A stretch of DNA of 63,103 nt, counting the filler, from Sphacelaria rigidula (taxonomy: Eukaryota), in NCBI GenBank assembly GCA_964200075.2. It is 9 parts of 9 records of this genome, joined end to end, with 100 filler letters (N's around TTAATTAATTAA, not from the genome) between each part and the next. Parts side by side here need not be neighbours in the genome. Positions count along the whole stretch, not along the records: positions 21,070 to 27,992 come from CAXNAA020017385.1; positions 28,093 to 35,015 come from CAXNAA020017386.1; positions 35,116 to 42,037 come from CAXNAA020017387.1; 6 more parts are not named here. One strand, given 5' to 3'. Positions 26,601 through 39,831 of the stretch are shown one piece after another. How positions within the stretch are numbered: position 1 is the first letter of the stretch; every line of letters starts with the position of its first letter. Under the pieces are notes generated by a model. That model saw only the letters and a program-made list of their open reading frames with translations. It was not told where the DNA came from and did not search any database. A program made the translations under genes and the position numbers.

Positions 26601-27428
26601 TGGAGTATTGGCACATGTCTCACACAATACCCCTCTCACCCTAGGCGCGCGCTCCCTCGTGTTCCGACAACTCACCGATTCCGCGACAAGATCTTGGTGT
26701 CTGCCATATTCTTCTCCCTTTGAATATATTTGTCATAGCCAATGGTTCGAGCGCTGCGGCTTGACAGCCTTGCTACGGGACCAATGCCTGACCGAACGTT
26801 TTCACGGGAGGCCAAGGATCGCGCCAAGCGATTATCCCTCACCTACACTCACAAGTGCACAATCTCTTGCACCGAAAAAGAGGTGTTGAGGCGTTGGTCA
26901 AGCGCCACAAAGCTTACAAACTGATTAAGAGCTTCAGTTAGGAAGATGGATGATCATCCGCGCGAGAAAGTACCGAGACAAGATTGTTTCCTCTGCAGGT
27001 TTAGCAATGGTCGCAACCGTTAACCACCGTGGCAATGGTGAAGAACGCAGACAATCACACCGGATGTCTGTGGTAGTTAGCTGACACAATGTTCCAGGGA
27101 GTACGTGATGTTTCCCACAGACGGTTTGCTAGCGGCTTGTATCGTATATTTTATTCAGAAACAAGCCCGATAGAGTAGCGTGCTCGCTGCAGTGTTCTTA
27201 AACGCATCGGTAAGGGGCCTCGCTTCGCTTTGGGCATGTGGCCGTGGTTGTTGTCGATGAAACATTCGGGCCCATGCACAAACCAATTTGTAAAGATTGG
27301 CGACGCATGTACCCAACGGCAGTAGCTTATCCACACCACAACGGAGCTGGCACCGTAACGCGTATCATTAACCCCGCGAACTACGGGTTCGTCAGCACGC
27401 ATGATGATCATTGGTGCTGCCACCTTCA

Positions 27429-27651
27429 GAATTCGGCTTAACGGTCGACGAGGAAAAGGGACTGCTGTACCCCTCTTGCGATAAAAAATAAGAAGGCAAG
27501 TACCGCGGAAGGAAGGTGAAGAGCTAAAAGCAAACACAAAAAAATAGCTCCTGTGTTGACCTCCCTCCTGTGTGACCCTGGCTGGTGCGTCCACATATAC
27601 CGAAAGGTGTTGACTGGCGCCCAGAATAGATGGGACGACAACATACACACA
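27429..27651 (+). mobile_element. 5'-truncated copy of the tRNA-SINE family
   Basis: GGTCGACGAGGAAAAGGGACTGCT..GGCTGGTGCGTCCACATATACCGAAAGGTGT..GATGGGACGACAACATACACAC matches ~6235-6456. Confidence 0.85.
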
Positions 27652-28159
27652 TCTGCATCCCAGCGCAGCCCTGCCTTTTTATGACTACTGGCTTCAACTA
27701 CCGGTGTGGTGGAAAGTTGTGAGTGCAGTATACTGCATAGCACTCCTGCTCCAGCCGCTCCCGCTTGCGCGCACTGGCTTGCGAAAAAAGGTATAGTTGG
27801 CGCTGCCGCGCCCAAGATACGAGATACGAACCCTGTTGAGTGGAACCAGGGTCTTTTGAATCCTTTTGATTGTAACTTTCGGCCAAAGGTAGCAAATCGT
27901 TCACTTTTATGTTGTATCTGAAGCCTACGTTAGACACCCATGAGGTAGTGTTATACCGTGGCTGTCTCTGGAAGTGGCGATACCACATAATANNNNNNNN
28001 NNNNNNNNNNNNNNNNNNNNNNNNNNNNNNNNNNNNTTAATTAATTAANNNNNNNNNNNNNNNNNNNNNNNNNNNNNNNNNNNNNNNNNNNNATTCGTCA
28101 CGAGTCGACTCATTATACTAGAACCAAGTGATTTTCAGGCGAATCAATATTTGTCCGAC

Positions 28160-29340
28160 CCTTGCATTGTCCACATGGAAAGTGTTTGATGGATTTGTTG
28201 CAGCATATTGCTAATCCGTCTGCAGATGGTGTAGCCCTGCATGCAGGACTATGTCTAGCTCACCTGTTTACAGTTACTCTCTGATACAGCAGAGTGCTCT
28301 GTCGATTAAGATACGACGACGCGTTGAGGACAGGACAAAGCTCACGAGAGCTGACAGTCAACATCCCAGTCGTGCTTCGCATATACATTGTCCACATGGA
28401 AATCATTTGATGAATCCGTAGCAGTTCATGTTGCGGATCCATCTTTAGATGGTGTGGCCCTGCATGCAGGACTACGTCGAAGTCACCTGTTTTGTGGTCT
28501 TTGAGCTTGGGAGTAAACATAGCTCTGTGGCTCCTAAGGTACACAGACAGTTCAAATCTCCTAGAGCAATCTAGCCGACACCCGATTCATGGCATTGTGT
28601 GAGTTTGGAGCGTAAACATGGCTCCGTGGCTCCCAAGGTACACAGACAGTTGAGCAAAATCTCCTACACCCGAGGAACTTTCCTCGTGGTGAGAAGTCTC
28701 CTATTGACAGGACCCGTGGATCTTGTTCTAGGTGAAACGATAAGGACTGTTGGGTTCTCATAACTGGGACCCACATTACCAATCAGTTATGACTGTGTTA
28801 AGGCTTCACATCAAACTAAAGAATAAAAGATCTCCGACCATGCGACTTGGGTTCGCTGCTGACTAAGGCGAAGGTAATGTTCAATTTTAATCTGCTTTGC
28901 TCTCATGTTCTCGTGACATTGGAGGCATAACCGATGTCTTCGTCTTCCCAAAAGAACGAGAACGTGACACGAAAAAATCACGCGGAAAAAATACCCCGCT
29001 AAAAGCTATCCTCTTCCAACCTTTTCATGATCTTCAGCATGCTTTTGTGGACTGTTGGGTTCGCGTAACTGGGACCCACATCACGCAGATATGACGGTGT
29101 TAGAGACTTCACGTCAAAACTCAAGAATAAGGAATCTCAGATCATTCGACTTGTGTTTGCTGCTGACTAAGGCCAAGGCAATGTTCATTCGTTTGACTAC
29201 TTTGCTCTCGTGTTGTCGTGACATTCGCTGCATAACCGCTGTCTTCGTGCTCCCAATCAACGAGAACGCAAAGCGAATCACGGTGGAAAAATACCCTGCC
29301 ATGAACACGCTTTTGTGGCTCGGGTTCCTGTTTGAAGTTT
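28160..29340. repeat. Diverged tandem duplications (~220-bp pair at ~28165/28386, ~100-bp pair at ~28505/28605, ~305-bp pair at ~28744/29049)
   Basis: CATTGTCCACATGGAAA..CCCTGCATGCAGGACTA, GTGGCTCC(T/C)AAGGTACACAGACAGTT and GGACTGTTGGGTTC..TAACTGGGACCCACAT each occur twice. Confidence 0.75.
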
Positions 29341-30188
29341 CCCATGATCTGGGCTTTTGTGGTTAGGGATCGACACCCCGCGGATAAGAGCCAGTTTGAC
29401 CTACTTTCGGTGGCCAGAACACGCCCCACAGGTATCAGATGACATCCAAACCTGAACGGTAATGTACCGCTGCGCTTTCTTCGTGCGCTGCAAAAGAAAG
29501 CGCGGGACAAAATACCTTACTGCCAGAGAAAACTCGCCAAAAGTGGTGAAGAATGTGAAATGATACATGTACATATGTCCAAGGGTGTCAGCGGCTTCCG
29601 CCGCCATGCTCAATGATTCGAGTTCCAAGGCGCACAAGAACCGGTGATGGTTACGTGCGTTAGATAATGGCGCATGTCATGGTTTGAAGAAAAATATTCA
29701 TGTTGATGTTTGATATCAGGCTTCCCACCTACAACAAGCAGTATCGCAATCCAATCGCAGGGTCGATTACACAAAGATACAACGCCCCCATCCCCCAAAT
29801 ATAGTAATTTCAATAGCTTTCCCCCTGCGTCTATTATTGAAGCAATGGACGATTTTTTTCCTCTTGTCCAGAGTGTGCTACCTTTATGTTTGTTTGGATC
29901 TTACATTGCCAGGGGTTTTCATTTGTTGGCATGCCTGCTTCATGTTTATTTATATGTATTTAGGTATAATATCATCGGCTTTTGTTTTCTTGATTTTTAC
30001 ATTTAAATAAAAGCAAAAAACGATCGCAGGGGACGGTGTTGGACGGTATGCTTCCCTTATTTCTTTCTTGCATAATCAAAAATTTACTCACCATTCCTAG
30101 CGCAATGTGTACTTGGATATTTGTTTTCATCTGCTGTAGAGTCAAAGCGATCGACGATGACCATAACGACGGCCGATGATGACCACAG

Positions 30189-30380
30189 GTGGGCCTCCAC
30201 ACGCCGCTGGAGGAGCTGGCGCGTTGGTTCGACCGCGATCACTTCGCGCTGGTGTGCACAGAGCAACGATCGTACACGGGCGGCACCTACAGCACAATGA
30301 CGGTCATCACCGGCGTCGTGACGCGCGTTGACCTCCTCAGTTTTATCGCCACCAAAGGCGGCGAGTCTCCCACGCGAAAG
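30189..30380 (+). CDS. CBS: C-terminal CBS-domain exon of cystathionine beta-synthase
   Basis: CACAG| then VGLHTPLEELARWFDRDHFALVCTEQRSY..TVITGVVTRVDLLSFIA, matching the DHFALV.xEQ..GVVTxxDLLxF signature of the enzyme's second CBS domain. Likely donor AAG|GTGTGG at 30381; alternatively the frame reads on to the stop at 30509. Confidence 0.85.
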
Positions 30381-32643
30381 GTGTGGAATATTATTAAATC
30401 CTTGGGCGCCAAACTCATTTTCGGAACAAAACCACCGACTGGCGTTCAATGCTGTTACATAACCCTGGCGCTATATATGCTGAGCGGCCCCTCTCTGCAC
30501 TCCTCCTGAAAACAAGATATCATTTCCAACTTTTGGCTTATATTGATTGTTCAACCGTAGGATTTGTCTTTCTTCTGCTCAGTAGTCCACCTTGGGTCCA
30601 TCTGAGGGGGCTGGCGCCGACGAGGTTTTGAGCAGGGCACGTATTGTCACACGTCACAAGTTAAGCGGCGTCGGGATAGGCTAGTACTACGGTTGGTGAA
30701 CCACGTGGGGAGACCGAGAGTGCTTCGAGGGAACAGCACCAGGGCTCCCCACGTGGTGTCCCACCGTGGAACCAGCCTGGCCCGACGCTTATCTTGTGAC
30801 GTGTGACGATAAGTGCCCTGGTTTTGAGGATGGCATGGGAGCGGAGCTTCATTGGCTTTACGGGAATACATGATGGCGATGCAGCGAGAGGTGGTCCAGA
30901 AATCATAACATTCCAGACAAAGTTTTGACTCCGAATTGGGGAGGAGCTCTGCTGCCACGCATTCCGTTTTCAGAAATACGTGTTTTATCATGGGGTGCCA
31001 ACACGCGATCCGAGTGCAGCGCAAAGACGGGGTACCCTCAACCGTGAAAACAAAGGCACTCTGCATTTGATAATCACCGCAGTAGTTAGTTGCGATATTT
31101 TTCACCGGCAGTTATTGGGGGATTGTGTAAATATATGTTGAAGTCAGTTAATACTGACGTGACGATGGAACGATACCTGCAAGCTAACTTACAACAATGG
31201 ACGAGGCAAGCGCTAACTTTGTTGTGGCAGCTTTCGTATAATTTTGATTCATACACGTACACTGTTCGGATACATAGAGGTCGTTTAGCAGCATCCCCCC
31301 ACCCCCATTTCCACCACTCCACGCGCGCAGATCAAGAAATATCGGATCACATCGCTGAGAGAACTATATGTAGCCCACTCCCCCCATTCGATAGCCGTTG
31401 AGTTTTTGCAGGCGCCCAACTGCCGAAATCCATTGGACGGAAAAAAAAAAATGTTCCCTGTTTCGGCGCTTCGGTGTATGTGCACATGGGCAACGTTCAT
31501 AGTCTCCATTTTCCTTCGGTCGTCTTGGCAAGCGGCTCCTTCGGGGAAGCGTAGCTCCGCCTAAAGAGAACAGACACTCGGAAAGAAATATGCCGTGGTC
31601 CAGTGAAGAAGTCACCTATAACAAAAACGTTGGCCGGCTGTTCGTAAAACCGTTGCCTAGCTTTATCGTGATGAAGAGTGGCGAGGTCCCAGCTTCATGG
31701 GCGCGGATAATGGTGACGGATTTTCCCATGTACATCGTGAACCATTCCTTTATCTTATCTCCCAGACCTGAAACCGCACACCTGCCGTTTACTTGATGTC
31801 TGTGCTGATGCTTACGCCCAGGGGAGTCCTTCATATGGGCCATAGGATGGGCAGGATGGTGACGCCCACACCGATGACCACAACAGCGTACTATTGGACA
31901 GCTGAATTGTTCTGCTTCGAGTAGTGATGTTACTGCACACCATGGTGGTGCGTGTGCTTGAGTTTTCCGGCATCAAACGTGCGCGCTTCGATGTGTTTGG
32001 TTGCTTGGATGGATTGAGTCGATCGCACCGATCTCCATTCAAACCCCGTGCTATGTTTGGCTTCGTTCTCCGACCAAAATTGTATAATGGAGTCCTTGTT
32101 CTTTTTTTCATTCATGTATGTTTGTTGTTGAATCCGATGTGCCGATTTCACGTGGGGTATCGATTGTTCGGCACATGTTTTTGATCTTACATGTATGCAC
32201 AATGGAAGTGAGACCGATTGTTTAGCATTGGTGCGCCACACTGGTGGCAGATGCCGTCTCTTACATCGGCCCGAGGCGCGCAGGAATACGGTCATCACAC
32301 TAACGAGGGAGGTTGTTTAATTGCGTCGATATTGTTCGATTGCACTGTACAGACAACAATTCTTCTGTCGAAAAAAATCACAGCGTAAATGACTTCGGTT
32401 GGGACGGGGGTTATGTCTCAAGAGGAAGAGATAAGTTCTTCGTTCGTTCGCGCATATAATGACTGGTGGTGGGATTTACGCCGACTTTTTTTTAAAGCAC
32501 GTTGAGCTGATTTTTTTTTCAGGTGCGACACGGCTTACGGCTTTCGCACAACCGGGGTTTGTCGGGCCTGAAGTCTACCAGCAGTTTTCTTGTACAGCAT
32601 TCCTCGGAGCGTGGGCGTGGTTCAGCTTGCTTTTTTTGTGGAC

Positions 32644-32734
32644 GGGGGGGCGGGGGGGGGGGGGGGGGTGCTCATCTGTTGCTTGCGTTAGTCGTCTGAC
32701 CGTTGACCACGTATTCCTTGTGAGACGGAGCACC
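32644..32734 (-). mobile_element. Very short 5'-truncated LINE family A 3' end with C-tract
   Basis: ~25-nt G-tract followed by TGCTCATCTGTTGCTTGCGTTAGTCGTCTGACCGTTGACCAC..GAGACGGAGCACC, then a second G-run at 32735-32740. Confidence 0.8.
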
Positions 32735-33533
32735 GGGGGGAGGGTCTCATAGGGAAAGCTCACGACAACGCTGTACCTACATCCTTGTGGTCTATTTCTA
32801 CTGTGAAATATTTTGTACTATATCAGGAGGTGGTCTGGTGACTTGATGCACGCGGTTGCGTCGGACATATATATAATTTTGGCTTTGTCCTCACGATACG
32901 GTTGATTTATTCACCTTCGTTGGATTCCGTCGAAGCCTCTTCGGGCTCCTGAATTGGACAAGTGCCATGGAAGTCCTCGACCTGTAAACACATCCCCGGG
33001 ATTGCGGACGTCTTGCAACGCCTCCACGTCCAGAGCTACGGGCAAGAGAACGACTACATCGTACATCGTTTGTATTCGGAGTTTGTACGAGTAGTTAACT
33101 ATCAGAATGTTTGTTCCTCGGGGTGGCGATTGGTTGTGTTGGCAAGGAATGCGTAACTTGTAAACGGAACGTGGTCGTCATTCATTCGTGAAATGTTTGT
33201 AGTTCGTTTTTGGTTGCCAGTTGATTCATTGCCTTGTGTCCCGAAGTGTGTGCGTGTGTGTGCTGCTACATATGTACTTGTAGCACTCTTGTGCTGTCCT
33301 CAGGTTTCATTTTCTTTTATTAGTAGACTTGGCTAGACTGTTCTTGTGCACAACCGCATCGCGAGATTTTTAATTTTCTTTCCCTTCCTTGGTTGGCCGT
33401 GTTACCAGCATGCTATGATAAAACTACTGTCACGGGACACCAAGATTCAAGTTCGTCGACAAGGTGGGAAAACCAACAAGAAACTGTTCGCTTCAGCACC
33501 GTCGCGTAGTCGTGGGCCCACCTTTCCCTTGTA

Positions 33534-33974
33534 GAGGGATTTACAAATAGGGGATGGATCTTTTGGGGGGGAAGAGAAACCCGGAGAACTAAAATCTTCG
33601 TATCCACACCAAATCTTCGAAATATGGTTCGATTTCTTCACCTCCTGATCGCTATTGACAACTGCTACACGCCATAGGAATTTGGATGTCGATCGCCGAA
33701 ATGTTGGGGTTCAAGGTGAAGAACCAATTTTGGGGAATTTCGGGTGTCCGAACGGACGCCAAAATGGTTCCGAAATTGGTTTTTCACCTAGGACCCCAAC
33801 ATTTCGGTGATCAGAATCCAAATTCCTATGGCGTGTAGCAGTTGTCAAAAGCCATCAGTAAGTGAAGAAATGGAACCATATGTCGAAGATTTGGTGTGGA
33901 TACGAAGATTTTTAACTCTCCAGGTTTATCATCCCCAATAAAAGATCCATTCCCAGTGTGTAAGATCCCGTGTT
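33534..33974. mobile_element. Palindromic ~445-bp MITE, copy 1 (left end degraded)
   Basis: ~200-bp inverted arms ending TGTAAGATCCCGTGTT, homologous to 42908-43352 and 62559-63002. Confidence 0.9.
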
Positions 33975-35115
33975 GTATGCACCAGAGCCAGAGACAATCG
34001 TTCGGCTTATTCGTCACGAGAATCGTAATCCGTACATGAAAGCAAACGGGTTATCACAGGGATACCTTTTAGCGCATAGTGTGTAGTTCCGCTCTATAGT
34101 GCGGTTGTCACGGCGCATAAAAAGTATAGTCATTGATGTGCCGTACACAAATTGGACAACTGTACGGGAGCGCCCTTGTACAATTTGTCGTATGAGGTCG
34201 TATACACGTTTGACAAGCTTTTCGCCAGATTGAGCGTCTGGCCTTTGTTGGGGTGGGCTGCTTACTACATTCACATGAAAAAAGAGTAAAAATGATGCCA
34301 ATTCCACAAGCGTATATTTAGCGCCGGAGGTGTACATGAGGGGAGTCGGGATCATTTACTTGAAAGGTTACTGCGTGACCCAGATCACCAACCCTCACAC
34401 GCAAAAACATTCCGAAGAGTTAGTCGTGAGATACTGTGTCCGAGTGACAGACACTACGAAATCATTCTTCGGAAACGCGACTGGTTAATATGCTACAGTG
34501 GCATTCAACCTATGTATCGGGAAATCATTTCAGGACTGCAGTCTACCCTACGCGAGGTGCTGTTTCTCTGTAAAAATAATGACAATATTGCGATCGGTGG
34601 TTTTGTCGCGTACATCACTTGAATGTTCGTTGAACAAAGCTCGTCGCTGAGTATTTATGGCCATAACGCTCACCGCTCCAAATCGTCTCGTGTTACGCAA
34701 TGTGCACGCATATTCATCCCCAATTATGACAATGGATCCGTCGCAAAACGCAGCAGGCAAACACACGACACAAGATTGGCTACCAGCAAGCATTGATATG
34801 TACACATACACATCGGCCACCGAGCTACGGTTGGTGTTATATCAATACTGCAACGAAGAATGAATATGATACACAGAACATCATGAGTACTGTCATGATC
34901 ACTTTTAACTCTCATTCGCAACAAAAACAAGTGAGATATCGATAAAAAACCACAAATTGTGCGAATTGAGGTTTAACTCCGAGATGAGGTTCAAGCCTAA
35001 AACAGCGCTTTCCCCNNNNNNNNNNNNNNNNNNNNNNNNNNNNNNNNNNNNNNNNNNNNTTAATTAATTAANNNNNNNNNNNNNNNNNNNNNNNNNNNNN
35101 NNNNNNNNNNNNNNN

Positions 35116-35299
35116 GTGTGCTTTCGCACATACTCTTTGGAAGTACGGAAGACTAGAAACCCCCCGAAATAGTTTTAGGGAGATCGGGAAGGATGAGGCC
35201 GTCCATATGAAAGTCATTTGTCATGAATTTAGGTCAGGGAAAGCACGGCTTTTGAGTTGAACCTCATTTTTTTCAACCGCATTTCCGAGAATCCACTGT
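35116..35299. mobile_element. Right arm of the 11084-11478 MITE family
   Basis: Closely similar to 11320-11478, ending GAGAATCCACTGT. Confidence 0.8.
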
Positions 35300-35646
35300 T
35301 GAAAGTGGGTCAGTTTTTATTTTTATTTTTATTGGTCTAAGACGTTTGAGTATGGTAAAAACCGTTGTTTCCGAGAACGCCCTAACCTCACTCCCAAGAA
35401 GAAGGTGGATACTTTTTTTTTTTCAGGATGCCGTCGCCCTTCTCCATGTTCTTTAAAATCACAATTCGAGAGATTGAGTTGAAAAAACTGAGGTAAGATC
35501 CAAGAGCAACGTCTTTTATCCTCAAAAGTCACCCGAAAAAATGATAATAAAATGAAAAAGAATATGTGTGACGCAGGAAAATGAAAAGGACCGACCAGAT
35601 GCCCTTCTCGGGTTGAACATGTGTAGAGTGCGGTGATAGTCCCCGA

Positions 35647-35878
35647 GACTTTCTACGCTAGTCTCCCCCTCAAAAGTGCCTGGTTTGGGGAGGCAAAATC
35701 TTCACGTGAATCGAAATGGAAAGACCAAGCACAACGAGCAGCTGGGAACTCCCACGCCTGGGTTAGTTCTTGCTGATGCTACCCATATATATATAAGCGA
35801 AACATCAGGCGCTGTATGACCATTTTTTTCGTGACACTTTTCGGTTGGTTTTGGGGGGGGGGGCTAAAGTAGAAAGTG
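35647..35878. mobile_element. ~230-bp MITE with ACTTTCTAC..TAG..CCCC / GGGG..CTA..GTAGAAAGT inverted ends
   Basis: Terminal inverted repeats are visible. Other copies lie at 21070-21143 (right end only) and ~39805-40625 (interrupted by family B). Confidence 0.7.
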
Positions 35879-35984
35879 CCCCCCCTCTTTTCTTGACTCG
35901 GTGTGAATGTTTAGGATACTAGTGCACGTGGGCCGAGACGACGTCGAAACGAGGGCATTCGTTAGTGCTTTTTTTTCTACATAC

Positions 35985-36880
35985 CGAGGATGACTCGTAT
36001 GCTTGAGTGATTTATTTTGAAAAGAACGACCGTGACTCGTTTCCTCGAGTCACTCATTTTTTTCACCACGAGCAACGACTCCAGCACTCGAGTCATTTAT
36101 TTTTCCACCACGAGCAATGACTCGAGTGCTCGAGCTATTTTTGGTTTTCATCATGAGAAACGACTCGAGTGCTTGAGTCAGTTATTTTCTTCACCACGAG
36201 AATGGACCCGTTTGCTCGAGTTATTCATTTTTTCACCACGAGCCGTAAGTCTTTTGCTCGAGTCATTAAAATTTTTCGTCCAGTCATCTCACTTTTACGA
36301 CCACGAGAATTTTCAACCATGAGCACTTACTCGTATACTTGAGTCATTCACTTTTCCAATCACGAGCACAGACTCGTGTGCTTGAGTCATTGTTTTTTTC
36401 AACCACGAGCAATGACTCATGTGCTCGCGCCATTCATTTTTTGAACCACGAGCGGTGACGCGTGGGCTGGAGTCATCTATTTCTTCACCACGAGTAATGA
36501 CTTGACTGCTCAAGCTACTAGTTTGTTTGACCACGCGCACTGACTCGTGTACTCGAGTCTAATATTTTTTTCCCACGAGCAATGACTGGAGCTATCCATT
36601 TTTTGAACCACGAGCACTGCCTCGTGTACTCGAGATTTTTTTCAATGTTCCCACGAGCAATGACTCGAGTGCTCGAGCTGTTCATTCTTTGAATCACGAG
36701 CAATGATTAGTTTCACCAGGTCATGAATATTTTCGAACCACGAGCGGTGACTCGTGGGCTGGAGTCATCTCTTTCTTCACCATGAGTAAAGACTCGACTG
36801 CTCATCAAGCTATTCATTTTTTTCCACCACGAGCGATGGCTCGTTTGCTCGAGTAATTTGTTCTTTGCCCCACGAGCTAC
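35985..36880. repeat. Tandem array of ~42-bp units, consensus CCACGAGCAATGACTCGAGTGCTCGAGTCATT..TTTT
   Basis: About 20 degenerate units (CCACGAG at 36066, 36108, 36194, 36236 and onward). Each carries the inverted repeat TGACTCGAG-TG-CTCGAGTCA. Confidence 0.9.
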
Positions 36881-37599
36881 TTACTTAGTTTCTGTTCGTC
36901 AAGATTCTCAACCGTGAGCTTTTTAATTTACTATGCGTCGCGCACGCCAAGCTCCGGTTCGTTGTGGAAGGCCTGCTCCCTACTGGCCCGGAAGAACGGA
37001 TGAGAGCCGGTGAGTCAGTCCGTCGCGCGTGCTCGTACCATGAAGTCCCGCAATCACAGATTTCCCATGCGCGCTGCCACACGCGCCCGCTGAAATTTCC
37101 CAACATGACACGAGAGGTCTTGACTTACTCTCTACGAGTCGTTCACGAGGTACGCAACGGGGCCATCAATAGGGAAACCATTGCTAGGATCGTACGAAAT
37201 AGTATGCACCACAGAAAGGGAGGGGCTACTACTGTTTGCGCATTTGAAACCTGGATCCGCGGACGGTGCTTTTGCGACTTTCCCTCGATGCGAGTGTTCG
37301 ACCGCTTTGGGCGGGTTGATGTCGCCTCGCGAGCGGTACTTGAGCAGGGAAATACTTGGTAGGGCGCGTTGCAGTGGCGGGGGGAGATTACCGCTGGGAG
37401 GGAGTGCCTTCTATCGCTGTTGGTGTGTGCTTGCCATGGGTGAGACGTAATGTGGGTGGTCACGTGGTGGCCGTGATTGGGTGGACGTAGTGGTTGTCGT
37501 TCTCGGTTTGTTGCACTCTTTTTGGAAGTGTTTTAGGATTTGTCATGATCCTTCAACGCGTCTATGAACATGCCCATTTCCCCGCATTTTACATATTTC

Positions 37600-38440
37600 G
37601 ATCTTGGTCCACCATCAGCATTCCTGTATAACCATCATTTTCAGTGAGCGCCTGGCAGATGAAAGGAACATAACCCAAGATTCGCGCCTCGCGGGGGAAA
37701 ATAATTTTCCCGGTCATGTTCACATCATAACCGTCGAGAACCGCCGGCTGTCCTGCGGGGACATCGTCCATCATTCGACCCTGAGATATGAAAATATGTT
37801 GGCTACTTATTTTTTAGGTTGAAATGGGAACGCCGTGTCTACGTCGACCCCGGCGAATGAGCGAATGTGACCCAGTCATTTGCACATGAAACTGGTTTTC
37901 CACCATCATCAGTTGCTCAGGAGGTCATTTTTGGTTCGACCCTGGCAGATGAACCGGTGTGATCCAGTAGTTACGCATGATACCCGTTCTCCATCACCAG
38001 CACTTGTCCGGAAGCTTATTATTTCACCCTGGCAGATGAAATATTAGTAGCAAGGGACCTTACATATGGCACTCGTCGTTAACCATGGGCACTTGCTCGG
38101 GGACATCATCTTTACTCAGATCTTGGAAGGTGAAAATATGCTAGGCACAGAGTTTACACGTTACCATCGTTATCCAACACCAGCACTCGGTCGGGGGCAT
38201 CTTCGTTTACTGGCTCTGGCAGATGAAAAAGCATTGGCCGGTGATCTTACACATGGCACAGTGGATGTCCGCCACCATCGGTTGCTGGATGTCCGCCACC
38301 ATCGGTTGCTCGGGGAGATCGATATTGGTTCGACCCTGGCAGATGAACCGGTGTGATCCAGTGGTTCCGCACGATGCTCGTTCTTCATCACCAGCACTTG
38401 TTCGGGAGCATCATTGGGAATCCTCATCATCAACCGTCCA
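37600..38440. repeat. Degenerate ~95-bp tandem repeat anchored on ACCCTGGCAGATGAA
   Basis: Motif variants near 37650, 37778, 37847, 37939, 38026, 38120, 38214 and 38333, plus an exact short tandem duplication at ~38263-38310. Confidence 0.7.
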
Positions 38441-39831
38441 ACTGCACCCTCCCCTTTTACTATTATGTAAATGTATGGGAACGGGTCTCCATTCTGTGTA
38501 TCGCAAATATCCGAATCATATGGTTGTATGCGAAATTCTTGGCGAAGACACCTGCGATACGTATGGGTTACGTGAAATACATACGCCGCACCCGACCCTC
38601 CAATATATGACACCGGGCACACGATGTTTTTGCTGTAGCCTACCTTTGTTGATCCTTCCTGAGGTACCCCCGTAGACTGGAATGTCAGATACCCTATCAA
38701 ATGCGTATCTGACACACTGGAATGGCTATTTTTCCTTCCGATTTCATGCGGCAAGTATACGTGGCTATCAATCATACAGGAAGCTTCTCCTCACTTGTTT
38801 GCAGGTTGATTAATGCTCATTTGTCGCTCTCTCGCATGAGATTGACCACCGATATCATGCTAAAACGGTCCGTCGTATCACACTGAAAGCTTTTTCATTA
38901 TTGATATCGTAATCCTAAATGTCCATATGTTGTGACCACGTCATCACGTTCCGCCAAGTACTTTGCTGTTGCCCACTTACTTGTTGTATCCCTACTTCCC
39001 AGGTGGCTATCCCTCTGGCACCGTTCGCTTTGCTTGCCGCACTGCCTGTGCTGCAGCGATCGACTACATTTACGCCGCGGCTACTGTGCTGTACTTCTTC
39101 TGCACTACCGTGGTGCAGTGCATGCACTTTCCTATTAATATGGAAGTTTCTCTCTACCCGCATCGTAGCGTCGCAACAATGCACAGCGTCTGAGCGGCCA
39201 GCGGTGATCCAAATGCTACTATAATAGTCGTGTGCCAGTTACGGTACGTCGCAGTAACCTCGAATTGGGTGGGTCGAAGGGTCGGTCAAAACATATTTCG
39301 GGACACGCAGGCCCCAAGATCGAGACTACGAGTTTTTGAGGGGGAATATCCAGCTTGCTTTCTCCTAGATTATAGCCGAGGCGTTGGCGGATGCGATCAG
39401 CTACCGTGTATAGAGATCCTTGGCCTGGAGACCGCCGAGATGACGGACACACCGCCCCTCCAAGCTCATCACCTACCATGATTACATTTGTGGGATCATG
39501 TTCCTTATCGTCTACCTACCACTAGTCCGAGCAAATTTGGCGGAGCGTGAGATCATGTTGCTACTTTGGCCACAGGCTGTCGCTAACGTGCGTTCGAGTA
39601 TCGTACGTAGATGTGTGTGAGCGTTGCCGGCATTCGTGGTCATCGGGACAGGGCGGGCAATAAGGAGCAGAAGCAAATATACGAGCCTCGCAAAGCCCGC
39701 CAGACTTCTCGATTTTTGTCAATGTTTGTACATTTCAATATCTTTCAACAATGTCAATAAAACAATTCATGAACATTTTCGTTGAATTGCCCTCCGGGAG
39801 GGAACGCTTTCTACGATAGCCTCCCCCCCCC

